This document shows, piece after piece, positions 1 through 8,403 of a stretch of 64,000 nt of DNA; position 1 is the first letter of the stretch; every line of letters begins with the position of its first letter. The notes under the pieces are model-generated. The model was not told the origin of the DNA, did not search any database, and saw only the letters and a list, made by a program, of their open reading frames with translations. The position numbers and the translations under genes were made by a program. Origin of the DNA: Patescibacteria group bacterium (lineage in GTDB: Bacteria > Patescibacteriota > Patescibacteriia > JAHJFT01); the NCBI GenBank assembly GCA_028710985.1, contig JAQTTB010000001.1, forward strand, positions 167,397 through 231,396. Direction: 5' to 3'.

Positions 1-337
1 CTTTTTTGGCGCGCGCCGCTCCGATAATCCAGCGGAACGCGAGCATATTGCGGCGGTCTCCGTGCACCGGCGTCGGCACCTGATAGTTTGCGCCGCCGAT
101 TCTCCGGGATTTTATCTCAAGAATCGGAGTAACATTCTTTAACGCTTTTTCAAAAATTTCCAGGGCATCCTGTTTGGTTTTTTGCGAAATATATTCAAAG
201 GCATCATAGATAACGCGTTCGGCCGTATTCCTCTTACCGCCCTTCATAATATGATTGATGAGCTTTGAAACAATGATCGATCCGTACTTCGGGTCGGCAT
301 TTATTTTACGCTTTGTTGCTTGGGATTTTCCACGCAT
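1..337 (-). CDS. rpsG: 30S ribosomal protein S7 (N-terminal part; 3' end runs off window)
   Basis: Reverse-strand translation from ATG at 337 gives MRGKSQATKRKINADPKYGSIIVSKLINHIMKGGKRNTAERVIYDAFEYI...IGGANYQVP, a typical S7 N-terminus. It lies downstream of rpsL as in the str operon. Not in the ORF track because it is truncated by the window edge. Confidence 0.85.
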   Translation of the reverse strand, partial: MRGKSQATKRKINADPKYGSIIVSKLINHIMKGGKRNTAERVIYDAFEYISQKTKQDALEIFEKALKNVTPILEIKSRRIGGANYQVPTPVHGDRRNMLAFRWIIGAARAKK

Positions 338-476
338 AGGGTTTATTAGTGGCCCCGATGACTATCGGGGCAATTATGTTTGATAAGGTCGGCGGAGCCC
401 TGCCTACCGGCAGGCAGGCGACACTTTGTCTAAAAAACCCGCCCTGGTGCCCTGCGGCATTGCCGCAGGGACGGGT

Positions 477-893
477 TTATTTTTGATGCTTAGCTCCGTA
501 AAGCGAACGACTGCGACGGCGTCCCTCAACACCGGTTGTATCATAAACGCCGCGCACGATGTGATAGCGCACGCCCGGCAAATCTTTAACACGCCCGCCA
601 CGTATCATCACGATTGAATGCTCCTGCAGATTGTGCCCTACTCCCGGAATATAAGCCGTGACCTCCATGCCGTTTGAGAGACGGACACGGGCAATCTTGC
701 GGAGAGCCGAGTTCGGTTTTTTCGGAGTCGTGGTTGTAACCTTTACGCAAACGCCACGCTTAAAAGGACTTCCGGTTGGAAGCTCGGTCTTGTGGCGGTG
801 AAGCGTGTCCATGGTAAACTGCATGGCCGGAGATTTGGACTTCTTTTTTGACTGATGCCGCCCCTTACGGATTAGCTGATTGATTGTTGGCAT
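477..893 (-). CDS. rpsL: 30S ribosomal protein S12
   Basis: [11 protein letters not shown]...[51 protein letters not shown] are hallmark S12 motifs. A ~14 aa insertion ([14 protein letters not shown]) sits after the SKSPA segment relative to canonical S12. Confidence 0.93.
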   Translation of the reverse strand: MPTINQLIRKGRHQSKKKSKSPAMQFTMDTLHRHKTELPTGSPFKRGVCVKVTTTTPKKPNSALRKIARVRLSNGMEVTAYIPGVGHNLQEHSIVMIRGGRVKDLPGVRYHIVRGVYDTTGVEGRRRSRSLYGAKHQK

Positions 894-1157
894 AATAAAA
901 TAAGATTGATGTGATTTTAGCCTAAAAACAAAAAAGAGTCAAGAGAGTAATATTTGTAACAGAGCAAGACTAAAATAACATAAAAAAACGAACCGGTCAA
1001 GACCGGCACGCAGCGCAGGCGAAAGATCGACATTTTTGGGCTAAGTTAAGCCATTTTTACATGAAGCCGCATTTCCGCTTTTTCTTCATCTTCTCCCTCC
1101 TCAATCAAAAAAGAGCTAATTTTATTTAGCCCTTAATCCCTAAAAAAATCAACCGTC

Positions 1158-1829
1158 TTAAAATAATCCGAACGTTGCCACAAGCGGGTCAACTAGTCCA
1201 ATTATCTTGAACAAATAAAGCGCGCCGCCGAAAATCGGCGAAAGCACAAGTCCGTTTGTCACCCAATTTATCACAAGCAGCATCAATAAAAGATACTGGC
1301 CCTGAAGTTCGAGCCGCGCGCGGAGCCCGGCGTATTTTGGCGAAGAAAGGACCGCGTAGAGGATCTTTGAACCGTCAAGCGGCGGCACGGGAATAATGTT
1401 AAAGAAAAGCAAAATCGCATTAATAAAAATTGTAAAAATCAGGAGAACCACGAGCAAATTTTGATATCCGAGTCCGAAACCGATTAACGCGTGGGCCGCA
1501 AATCCCAAAATAAAAAAACTCGCGAGATTGGACGCCGGCCCGGCAAGCGCCACGAGAACCGGCCCCCATTTCGGGTACTTAAGATTATACGGATTGAACG
1601 GCACCGGCTTTGCCCAGCCGATTCCCACGACCATGAGCATTAAAAAACCGATTGGATCAATGTGCGCCATGGGATTTAAGGTGAGACGCCCGGCTCCGGC
1701 CGCGGTCTTGTCGCCCAGAACGTAAGCGGCAAGCGCGTGGCAGAATTCGTGGACCGTAAGCGCAAAAACAACCGCCAGAACCCAGACGATAAATAATAAC
1801 GGATTTTTCAGAAGCAAATCCAGGACCAT
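1158..1829 (-). CDS. Site-2 protease family (M50) zinc metalloprotease, integral membrane
   Basis: HEFCHAL is an HExxH motif. The ...NIIPVPPLDGSK motif is the LDG motif of M50/SpoIVFB-type proteases. Multiple transmembrane segments. Confidence 0.75.
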   Translation of the reverse strand: MVLDLLLKNPLLFIVWVLAVVFALTVHEFCHALAAYVLGDKTAAGAGRLTLNPMAHIDPIGFLMLMVVGIGWAKPVPFNPYNLKYPKWGPVLVALAGPASNLASFFILGFAAHALIGFGLGYQNLLVVLLIFTIFINAILLFFNIIPVPPLDGSKILYAVLSSPKYAGLRARLELQGQYLLLMLLVINWVTNGLVLSPIFGGALYLFKIIGLVDPLVATFGLF

Positions 1830-1888
1830 TGCAAAAAATTTAATACTATGCTAAACTACGACCATATTATAACACTAACGCAACCATT

Positions 1889-2062
1889 ATGGCTAAAGTT
1901 TGCGACATTTGCCAGAGAGGAAAAAGTTTTACCCACTCGCGCAGTAAATCAAATATTGCCACCCTCCGGACCCATGAAATTAATCTCCAGTCAAAAAAAA
2001 TCGCCGGCAAGAAAGTAAAAATCTGCACGCAGTGCATCAGGACCATGTCCAAGACAAAATAA
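1889..2062 (+). CDS. rpmB: 50S ribosomal protein L28
   Basis: 57 aa ORF missed by the ORF track (<60 aa): MAKVCDICQRGKSFTHSRSKSNIATLRTHEINLQ...KICTQCIRT. It has the L28 pattern MxKVCxxCGK...RTxxxNLQ...VCTxClRt and is followed by a strong terminator. Confidence 0.8.
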   Translation: MAKVCDICQRGKSFTHSRSKSNIATLRTHEINLQSKKIAGKKVKICTQCIRTMSKTK

Positions 2063-2100
2063 AAAACGTCCCGATCGCGATCGGGACGTTTTTATATTTT
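2063..2100. terminator. Bidirectional rho-independent terminator (aacgtcccgatcgcgatcgggacgtt + T-run)
   Basis: Perfect 11 bp stem hairpin flanked by A-run and T-run, lying between convergent rpmB (+) and the 2092..3006 (-) gene. Confidence 0.8.
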
Positions 2101-3006
2101 TGTAATTTTGAATTCAGGCGATGCAATTCCTTTCACCTTCGGAGAATATTTCATTAAAAGTTCTTTTGCTTTTTCAATCGCCGAATCATCGATCGCTTTA
2201 CCGCGAATAATTACAGTCGGTCCGACAATATCGGCAAGTTCCAAAACAATATCCCGCGGCTTGGCAATTTTAATAAGCATTTTACAATCTTGCGCGTCGC
2301 GCGCCACGACAATCATGTTTTCGCCGTGCCAAAAAACCCGTCCGTGGCGGAGTATGTCCGCGTCATCGGCCGTATAATCGGGCCAGTGTTCGCTAAGTTC
2401 CTTGAGGCGGCGCGAATAATCCGGGTCGGTCAAGAGACACCCGCCGGCCGGAGTCTGGAATTTTTTTATTCCGAATTTATCCGCGAGTTCAAACTGCGTG
2501 CCGCGGCTCCGGCCGCGGATATCAAATAATTTTTCGCGGCGAATTTGTCCTTTTTCTTCGGCTTCGGTCTCGGGCAAAGCTTTGGCGGAAAGGGGCCGCA
2601 CGATTTTTCCGGCGAGGCCGGCCTCGCGCTCAATCTTCATCATCGACCCGAGATTCTGCGACATGGGCCGCTGTCCCAGCACCTCGCCGGTCGCGAGGAA
2701 ATCAAAACCCTCGCGCTCCATGATTTCTTTTGCCTTGCGGATCATAAATAAATGGCAGTCAATGCACGGATTCATTCCGCTCCCCCGGCCGAACTTCGGC
2801 GCTTTGACAATCGCGAGATGCTCGTCACCCACGTTTTCAACCCGTAATTTTATCTCATTCGCTTCGGCAATCTCACGCGCCGCTTCTTCATCAAAAAAAT
2901 GCGTGCGAAAAAACAAGGCCGTCACATCCACGCCTTGTGATTCTAAAATCTTATACGCGAGCGACGAGTCCAGCCCGCCGGAAAATAATAAGAGAGCTTT
3001 AGACAT
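2092..3006 (-). CDS. PP-loop ATPase, ThiI-like tRNA sulfurtransferase family (no THUMP domain)
   Basis: N-terminal LLFSGGLDSSLA is a PP-loop SGGxDS motif. The later NPCIDCH...ATGEVLGQRPMSQNL segment resembles the ThiI segment GE(S/A)LGQVASQTL. At 304 aa it is shorter than canonical ThiI. Confidence 0.55.
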   Translation of the reverse strand: MSKALLLFSGGLDSSLAYKILESQGVDVTALFFRTHFFDEEAAREIAEANEIKLRVENVGDEHLAIVKAPKFGRGSGMNPCIDCHLFMIRKAKEIMEREGFDFLATGEVLGQRPMSQNLGSMMKIEREAGLAGKIVRPLSAKALPETEAEEKGQIRREKLFDIRGRSRGTQFELADKFGIKKFQTPAGGCLLTDPDYSRRLKELSEHWPDYTADDADILRHGRVFWHGENMIVVARDAQDCKMLIKIAKPRDIVLELADIVGPTVIIRGKAIDDSAIEKAKELLMKYSPKVKGIASPEFKITKI

Positions 3007-3035
3007 AAATCAATAATAACACGATGCCGCATAAA

Positions 3036-3071
3036 AACAAAAACCCCCCGCGAACGGGGGGCTTTATTTTT
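3036..3071. terminator. Rho-independent terminator (aaaccccccgcgaacggggggcttt + T-run)
   Basis: G/C hairpin with flanking A-run and T-run, immediately downstream of the minus-strand 3076..4995 gene. Confidence 0.75.
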
Positions 3072-3075
3072 TTAA

Positions 3076-4995
3076 TTATATCGCTATCGTTGCGCCGGTC
3101 GGATAGGTTATGGTTGGAGAAACATTCAAAACCTGTCCCCAGCTATATCCATGGCCGAAGAATGCGGCCTCGGTCGCAAACACCCTTCTCGCGCCGTTCT
3201 CGATCAAGTACACCGCCGGACTGCCGTTATATTTAATCAGCAAACCATCCGGATGAACCAGTTCGGAAATCATTGTGCCGGAAGATAATTTATTAATTTC
3301 CGCGTCGGTAAAATTACGGATTTTATTCCACTGAAAACCGAGATGCTCAAACACATATTCATTCTTGATCGGATATTTGATGCCCTTGGCGACCACATAA
3401 ACCGCCGCCTGGCTGCCCTTTACCAAGGTGCCGCTCGGCAGATTATTGACTGTCGGATAATTAATCACGCTCGAGGTCGGATACTGCGCCAGGCTTGAAT
3501 ATTCTTTCACATCTTCCCAGCGCCAGCCCCAGGCTTCAAAAACCTGGCCGTTCAAAATCGGATATTTGTAACCGTTGCGCAAAAGATAAACCGTGGGCTT
3601 GCCGATTTCTTTCGCCAGTTCGCCGGTAAGAAAATTATTATCCATGACCGTAACCGTAGTACCGGATGATTGTGTTGACCCAGCCACATAAGAATTATCA
3701 AGTGACAGCTTAACCGCGGCATAGGAAATTTCATAATCCGAAGAGCGTGGAGCGCCGATATAGAATAAACCGGAAACGAAAATATTTTCCTCATCTTCAC
3801 TGATGGCACATTCTCTAGATATAAAATTACCTGGCAAACCTATTGAGACATTATCACCATCATCCGGATCGACTTCCACCAAAGTATTAATGGTGAAAGG
3901 TTCGTTGATTACGAGTTCGCCGTTATCATTTACATGAGCGTCACCGGAAGTGGAATACATCGTCTCCAAGATAATAAATATTCTTCCATCCGTAGGACTG
4001 ACAAAAATATCTTCGTAGGAATTATAATTCAGACTTACCGCGGCATCCACCCTTTTTAAAAGTATATTACGATAAGAGCCTGAATCAATGTCAATCACCC
4101 TCAAATAATAACTGTAAATTGTCGAACCTGTGACCATGTCTGATAAACCGCTAATATATAATGTTTGCCCGTCCGGACTCATCGCCATGTGGTAAACGCC
4201 ACCATAGTGGTGATTATCATCCGGTCTTATTTCGTGGATATTTCTGACCGCGCCGCTGCCAATATCAACCTCAATTATTTCCGCCAGATGCATGGTGTAA
4301 CGACTCGGAAAAATCCTGTCAAAATATATATATAACTTTCTGCCATTAGGGCTGATAAAAAGATCCTGGATTGAGTACGACTTATTAGCACCATCTTCTA
4401 TACCCCAATTAACATGGACTTCGCTTACCGTACCCGAAGACGCATTCACTTTATAAATTTTTGGCAGATCTGGATTGGCCATAGTATCCGTGTAATATAG
4501 CGACGCGCCATCAGGACTTAAAATTAACTTGCCCCAATCAGTAATATGTCCGTTGGGATATTTATGTATATCAATATGCAGGGCAGGATTCCAAGGCTTT
4601 AATTCACCGGTTAATGCATCAACCGCAGCCAAGCCATTCCTTGCCTCATTATTCACGCTGGTAAAACGACCGGCAAAATATAATGTGCTGCCATCCTTGC
4701 TAAGAACCGTAGAAAAAATCCGAGTGTCGCACGATTCACCCGCCGCGCATCCTTCTAAATCTATATTTAAATTTTTTGCATTCACGCCCCCATCAATCAC
4801 CGAAATATCCGAGTTGCTCACGTATAATTTTCCATTGGCTAAATAGATGTCATTAATTCCCTCGGCAAAATCCCAGCGTTGGGTGTTTGCATCCGCCTCC
4901 GGCGTCTGAACAACAAAAAACCCCAGCCCGAGGCTCAAAATTAGTAAATATATCGTGATTTTCTTAAACATAAATTGAGTATTATTCATTGGCAA
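3076..4995 (-). CDS. Secreted beta-propeller repeat protein with three C-terminal ~50 aa repeats
   Basis: N-terminal signal/TM region (MFKKITIYLLILSLGLGFFVV). Reiterated xLYxSxxD/YVTN-like propeller blades (KLYVSNSD, TLYFAGR, SLYYTD, KLYIYFD, TLYISG). Three C-terminal repeats of the form AVYxxxxGxKYPIxNxxVFExxGF.W. Confidence 0.6.
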   Translation of the reverse strand: MPMNNTQFMFKKITIYLLILSLGLGFFVVQTPEADANTQRWDFAEGINDIYLANGKLYVSNSDISVIDGGVNAKNLNIDLEGCAAGESCDTRIFSTVLSKDGSTLYFAGRFTSVNNEARNGLAAVDALTGELKPWNPALHIDIHKYPNGHITDWGKLILSPDGASLYYTDTMANPDLPKIYKVNASSGTVSEVHVNWGIEDGANKSYSIQDLFISPNGRKLYIYFDRIFPSRYTMHLAEIIEVDIGSGAVRNIHEIRPDDNHHYGGVYHMAMSPDGQTLYISGLSDMVTGSTIYSYYLRVIDIDSGSYRNILLKRVDAAVSLNYNSYEDIFVSPTDGRIFIILETMYSTSGDAHVNDNGELVINEPFTINTLVEVDPDDGDNVSIGLPGNFISRECAISEDEENIFVSGLFYIGAPRSSDYEISYAAVKLSLDNSYVAGSTQSSGTTVTVMDNNFLTGELAKEIGKPTVYLLRNGYKYPILNGQVFEAWGWRWEDVKEYSSLAQYPTSSVINYPTVNNLPSGTLVKGSQAAVYVVAKGIKYPIKNEYVFEHLGFQWNKIRNFTDAEINKLSSGTMISELVHPDGLLIKYNGSPAVYLIENGARRVFATEAAFFGHGYSWGQVLNVSPTITYPTGATIAI

Positions 4996-5049
4996 TTATA
5001 ACGTATTTAACGCTGAAGTATAACAAAAATCCGCTTTATTGTCAAGCCC

Positions 5050-5082
5050 CTTGACTCCCCGCTCAAAACAGGGTATTATCAC
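5050..5082 (+). promoter_or_regulatory. Sigma70-like promoter (TTGACT-17-TATTAT) for the 5125 gene
   Basis: cttgactccccgctcaaaacagggtattatcacc has a near-consensus -35/-10 with 17 nt spacing. A GGAGGAGGAAGGG SD sits just before the ATG at 5125. Confidence 0.55.
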
Positions 5083-5124
5083 CTTTCAGTAAAACGCACC
5101 TTAATTTTTGGAGGAGGAAGGGAC

Positions 5125-5730
5125 ATGGAAGAGGAAAAAATCACCATTATCGTCTGCCGCCACCCGGGACATAACGAAAGGGGCATCACGCTCGAAGGCA
5201 TCGTGAACGCCATCAAGCTCGCCCGCTACCTGGTTGATGACCGGGGATTTATGCCCGAGCGCATTGTCCACTCGGGAACGGTCCACACGCGCATGGCCGC
5301 GAGCTTCATGGGCATCTCGGTGAACATGTGCGAACTCCGGCCCGAAGAGAACCAGGGTTTCCTGACCGCACCAAAACTCGTTCTGCCCGGAGAGAATGAG
5401 CTCGAAAAGGCAAGAATCGAAAGCGAGATCGCGGCGGCCGGCGGCATGGTCAAGGCGGCGCGCGAACTCTCGGCCCGGGTCCGCCGCCAGCGCGATCACC
5501 TACAGCTCACCCTGCACGGACTCGCCATGGACATGCGCGAGCACCGCCAGAACGTCGCCTGGGTCGTCTCCCACGGCGCCTTCGCCGAACTCGCCACCAC
5601 GCGCGCCGACAAGACACCCTACCCCATCGCAAACTGCGATTCCTTGATCTACTCCATGGGTCCGGATAGGGGCGGATACGCGGTCATGGACACCGACTAC
5701 ATCCGCTTCGCGGATCTCAACCTCAAGTGA
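5125..5730 (+). CDS. GC-rich (about 62% GC) hypothetical protein, possible histidine-phosphatase (SixA/PGAM-like) fold
   Basis: ORF with strong SD. IIVCRHPGH is an RHG-like motif, and ...VVSHGAFAEL resembles the second His motif of the histidine phosphatase superfamily. Codon usage is GC3-rich, unlike its neighbours. Confidence 0.5.
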   Translation: MEEEKITIIVCRHPGHNERGITLEGIVNAIKLARYLVDDRGFMPERIVHSGTVHTRMAASFMGISVNMCELRPEENQGFLTAPKLVLPGENELEKARIESEIAAAGGMVKAARELSARVRRQRDHLQLTLHGLAMDMREHRQNVAWVVSHGAFAELATTRADKTPYPIANCDSLIYSMGPDRGGYAVMDTDYIRFADLNLK

Positions 5731-5800
5731 GCGGCCCCGGCCCCTTGGCCGCGGCGCACGAAAAAACCGACGACTCTCTGTCATCGGTTATTTTTTTTAA

Positions 5801-6319
5801 TTATTCGCCCAATTCAATTAATTTAATCGGATTATTAATAATATAATTGCGGATTCTCTCCAAATCGTCATCGCATCGGACGATATGATCATAATACGAT
5901 CTTTGCCATCGAAAATCCGTTAAACCCATTTGATGAATTAATTTTGATGATGTGGTTTTAAACGCGCCAATCAATTCGGGAATCGGTTTAATTTTTCCCG
6001 GTAGGGACAGGTCGCGACCTGTCCCTACGTCGTGGTCGCGACCTGTCCCTACGATGGGATTATTGATGATTATTATTCCATGAAAATGGTTGGGCATTAC
6101 AACGGATTGATCCAATTTGATATATAAATATTGTTCCGCTAACCACAACCATTGTTTTTTGACAATCTCGCCAAATTTATTTAATTGCATCACGCCGTCA
6201 TGAATGCAACCGAAAACATGCGAACGATCATTAACACATGTGGTAATAAAATAAAAACCGTTTTGCGAATAATCGTACTCGCTCAAACGGTTTAATTTTC
6301 TATCCTTCTCTTGCGGCAT
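5801..6319 (-). CDS. IS200-like / REP-associated tyrosine transposase (RAYT) with an in-frame REP palindrome insertion
   Basis: Start taken at MPQEKDRK (Met 43 of the track ORF 5801..6445, which otherwise overlaps the upstream gene). HuH motif MPNHFHGIIII. Catalytic-Tyr region RSYYDHIV...YIINNPIK. Between these motifs the palindrome GTAGGGACAGGTCGCGACCTGTCCCTAC (plus a partial second copy) encodes GTGRDHDVGTGRD. Confidence 0.7.
   Translation of the reverse strand: MPQEKDRKLNRLSEYDYSQNGFYFITTCVNDRSHVFGCIHDGVMQLNKFGEIVKKQWLWLAEQYLYIKLDQSVVMPNHFHGIIIINNPIVGTGRDHDVGTGRDLSLPGKIKPIPELIGAFKTTSSKLIHQMGLTDFRWQRSYYDHIVRCDDDLERIRNYIINNPIKLIELGE
6001..6052. repeat. REP-like palindrome GTAGGGACAGGTCGCGACCTGTCCCTAC (1.8 copies, tandem) inside the RAYT ORF
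   Basis: Perfect 28 bp palindrome at 6001..6028, followed by GTCGTGGTCGCGACCTGTCCCTAC. A near-identical copy is at 38011..38038. Confidence 0.8.
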
Positions 6320-6329
6320 TATAAAAAAA

Positions 6330-7265
6330 TTAAAGAGTTGTAATCGGCCGTGATTGGACGATATAAAATTTTCCGCCCTCAAGCGCCCATTCAATATCCT
6401 GCGGCGCGCCGTAATGCTCTTCGATTTTTTTACAAATTTTCGCAAGCGCGACGATGTCTTTATTGGAAATTTTTTGCACGGTCTGGCGCTCGCGGGGAAC
6501 CGCGGTCTCCCTGGTGCCGACCGTGCTCTGTGAAATCATTTTTTCCTGGCGGCTCACATTCACGTCCAGAATCGCGAGCGTTGGCTTATCGACAATATAC
6601 GTATCCGGCGTGATGATGCCGCCGACAATCGCCTCACCCAGTCCCCAGCCCGCCTCAATCACCATTTGGTTTAAATCCTTGGTTACCGGATGCGCGGTAA
6701 AACAAATGCCCGAAACCTCGGACTGAATCATCTTTTGTACGACAACCGCTACCAAAACTTTTCTTTCATGCAGATTTTTTTCAAAACGGTAAAAAATCGC
6801 GCGCGGCGTATAAAGCGATGACCAACATTTTTGAATCGCGGCCGCGATCCGCCCCTCGGTGATATCAAGATATGATTCCAACTCTCCGGCCCAGGAAGCA
6901 ATTGCCGAATCCTCGGCCGTGGCGGATGAACGCACGGCCACAAATTCCGCGCCCAAATCTTTAAATGACTTTTTAATCTCTCTCGCCATCTCTTCCGGAA
7001 ACTCGGCATCGCGGATTAAGTCGCGGATTTTTATTGACGCCTCTTCCACGGATTTAATATCCTGTGAATTTACTTTTTTGAGAATCGCCGCGATTTCCAC
7101 GTTCAAATCCGAAATTTTCAAAAATTCGTCAAATGCCGAAGCGAGCACCACGAATCCGGGCGGCACCGGCATCTTGGCCCGGGTCATCTCACTGAGCGAC
7201 GCCCCCTTGCCGCCGGCAATAGCCACGTCTTTGGCAGAAAGCTGTTTAAAATTTTTGATAAACAT
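6330..7265 (-). CDS. PEP synthase / pyruvate phosphate dikinase-like N-terminal ATP-binding (PPDK_N) domain protein
   Basis: MFIKNFKQLSAKDVAIAGGKGASLSEMTRAKMPVPPGFVVLASAF matches the PPDK_N/PEP synthase nucleotide-binding domain consensus. It is the second gene of a two-gene unit with 7267..8403. Confidence 0.75.
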   Translation of the reverse strand: MFIKNFKQLSAKDVAIAGGKGASLSEMTRAKMPVPPGFVVLASAFDEFLKISDLNVEIAAILKKVNSQDIKSVEEASIKIRDLIRDAEFPEEMAREIKKSFKDLGAEFVAVRSSATAEDSAIASWAGELESYLDITEGRIAAAIQKCWSSLYTPRAIFYRFEKNLHERKVLVAVVVQKMIQSEVSGICFTAHPVTKDLNQMVIEAGWGLGEAIVGGIITPDTYIVDKPTLAILDVNVSRQEKMISQSTVGTRETAVPRERQTVQKISNKDIVALAKICKKIEEHYGAPQDIEWALEGGKFYIVQSRPITTL

Positions 7266-7266
7266 A

Positions 7267-8403
7267 TTATTTTGCCTTTCTGATTACGGTAACGCTTCCC
7301 CGCGTCGCGTCCACTTCCACCTCATCCCCGTCTTTCAGAACCTGCGTCGCAATTTTGGTGCCGGTGATGCACGGAATTTTAAATTCCCGGGAAACGATGG
7401 CCGCGTGGCAGGTGATGCCGCCCTCGTCGGTGATGATTGCTTTGACGCCCCGGAGATACGGAATAAAATGCGGCGTTGTTTGAACCGCGACCAGCACCCG
7501 GCCGTTGATTTTATTAGTTTTGCGCGCCAGTTCGCGGGCATTGCGCGCCAGCACGACTTGTCCGCGCACCCGGCCGCGAAAAGCCGGTGCGCCAAAAACC
7601 TGATTATCTTTCATCTGATATTTTTTATTTTCCGCAACCATGAGAATGTCCAAAAATTTCACGATCCCGGGAACGACTTTCTTATTGCTGATTACTTCCG
7701 CCTCCCGGCCATTCAGGCAAACAAAAATTCGTTTTCCGGCCTTTCCCTGCGCCACGATTCGGCGCGCCTCGCGGGCCGTAATTTCTCCGCGCTTAATTTT
7801 TATCACTTCTTCAACCGTAAAATATTTCATTATATCCTTGGCGGAAATTTTAATATTCAATCTCCGAATCAGCCGCCGGATGCTTTTAAAAAGCATCTCC
7901 CCCAATTTTTCCTCGGGCAAAGCCTGCGCGTTGCGCCAGCGATCGTGCTCGGCGAGCGCGCGCCGAGCAAGGGCGCCGGAAAATTTTTCCGTATTTTCCC
8001 TCATCACCTTGCCCAAAGAAAAAATTATCAAAAAAAGCGCGCTGTGCCGGCCGTAAACTTTTCGGAATTCTTCAAAATCACCGGCCCGTGCCGCGGCTCT
8101 CATTTTCGGCCAAAGCGCGTCATCTTGCTTTATATATTTATTAATAATTCCATTGTCCCGCAAAGCACACTTGAGCGAACGCGCATGAAACCGTTTGGCA
8201 TCGGCCAGATTAAAAATTCGCACCGGCAAAACCCGGCCGGACGCCACCCAAATTTCACCGATCGTGCCCGGCCAGCCGTACTGTTTCATCAGCGCATTCC
8301 GGTTTAAAAAAGCTGACGTAATAAAAAACATGGACTCATCGACCCGCACGCCGAAGAACCATTTTTGCCTCTTGATATCGCGGGAAATATTAATACTCAT
8401 CAC
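7267..8403 (-). CDS. PEP-utilizing enzyme mobile (phosphohistidine) domain protein
   Basis: The C-terminus AIITDEGGITCHAAIVSREFKIPCITG is the PEP-utilizers phosphohistidine swivel-domain signature (GGxTSHAAIxARExGIPxV). The ~250 aa N-terminal region is unassigned. Confidence 0.7.
   Translation of the reverse strand: MMSINISRDIKRQKWFFGVRVDESMFFITSAFLNRNALMKQYGWPGTIGEIWVASGRVLPVRIFNLADAKRFHARSLKCALRDNGIINKYIKQDDALWPKMRAAARAGDFEEFRKVYGRHSALFLIIFSLGKVMRENTEKFSGALARRALAEHDRWRNAQALPEEKLGEMLFKSIRRLIRRLNIKISAKDIMKYFTVEEVIKIKRGEITAREARRIVAQGKAGKRIFVCLNGREAEVISNKKVVPGIVKFLDILMVAENKKYQMKDNQVFGAPAFRGRVRGQVVLARNARELARKTNKINGRVLVAVQTTPHFIPYLRGVKAIITDEGGITCHAAIVSREFKIPCITGTKIATQVLKDGDEVEVDATRGSVTVIRKAK

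Noticed and set aside
404-617. ORFs 404..601(-) and 426..617(+) overlapping the rpsL 3' end and rpsL-rpsG spacer
   Set aside because: The spacer contains hairpin repeats. The ORFs overlap the genuine S12 gene out of frame and lack any motif.
1867-2052. Minus-strand 61 aa ORF
   Set aside because: The opposite strand encodes a clear ribosomal protein L28 (1889..2062) that was missed by the ORF track for being under 60 aa. The minus-strand ORF is its antisense shadow.
6859-8307. Long antisense ORF (482 aa, + strand) and many other antisense ORFs inside leuS, infB, rny, the CapA gene and the LTD gene
   Set aside because: Each is fully embedded opposite a well-supported conserved gene and has low-complexity, Arg/Ser/Pro-rich translations typical of antisense frames in GC-moderate DNA.
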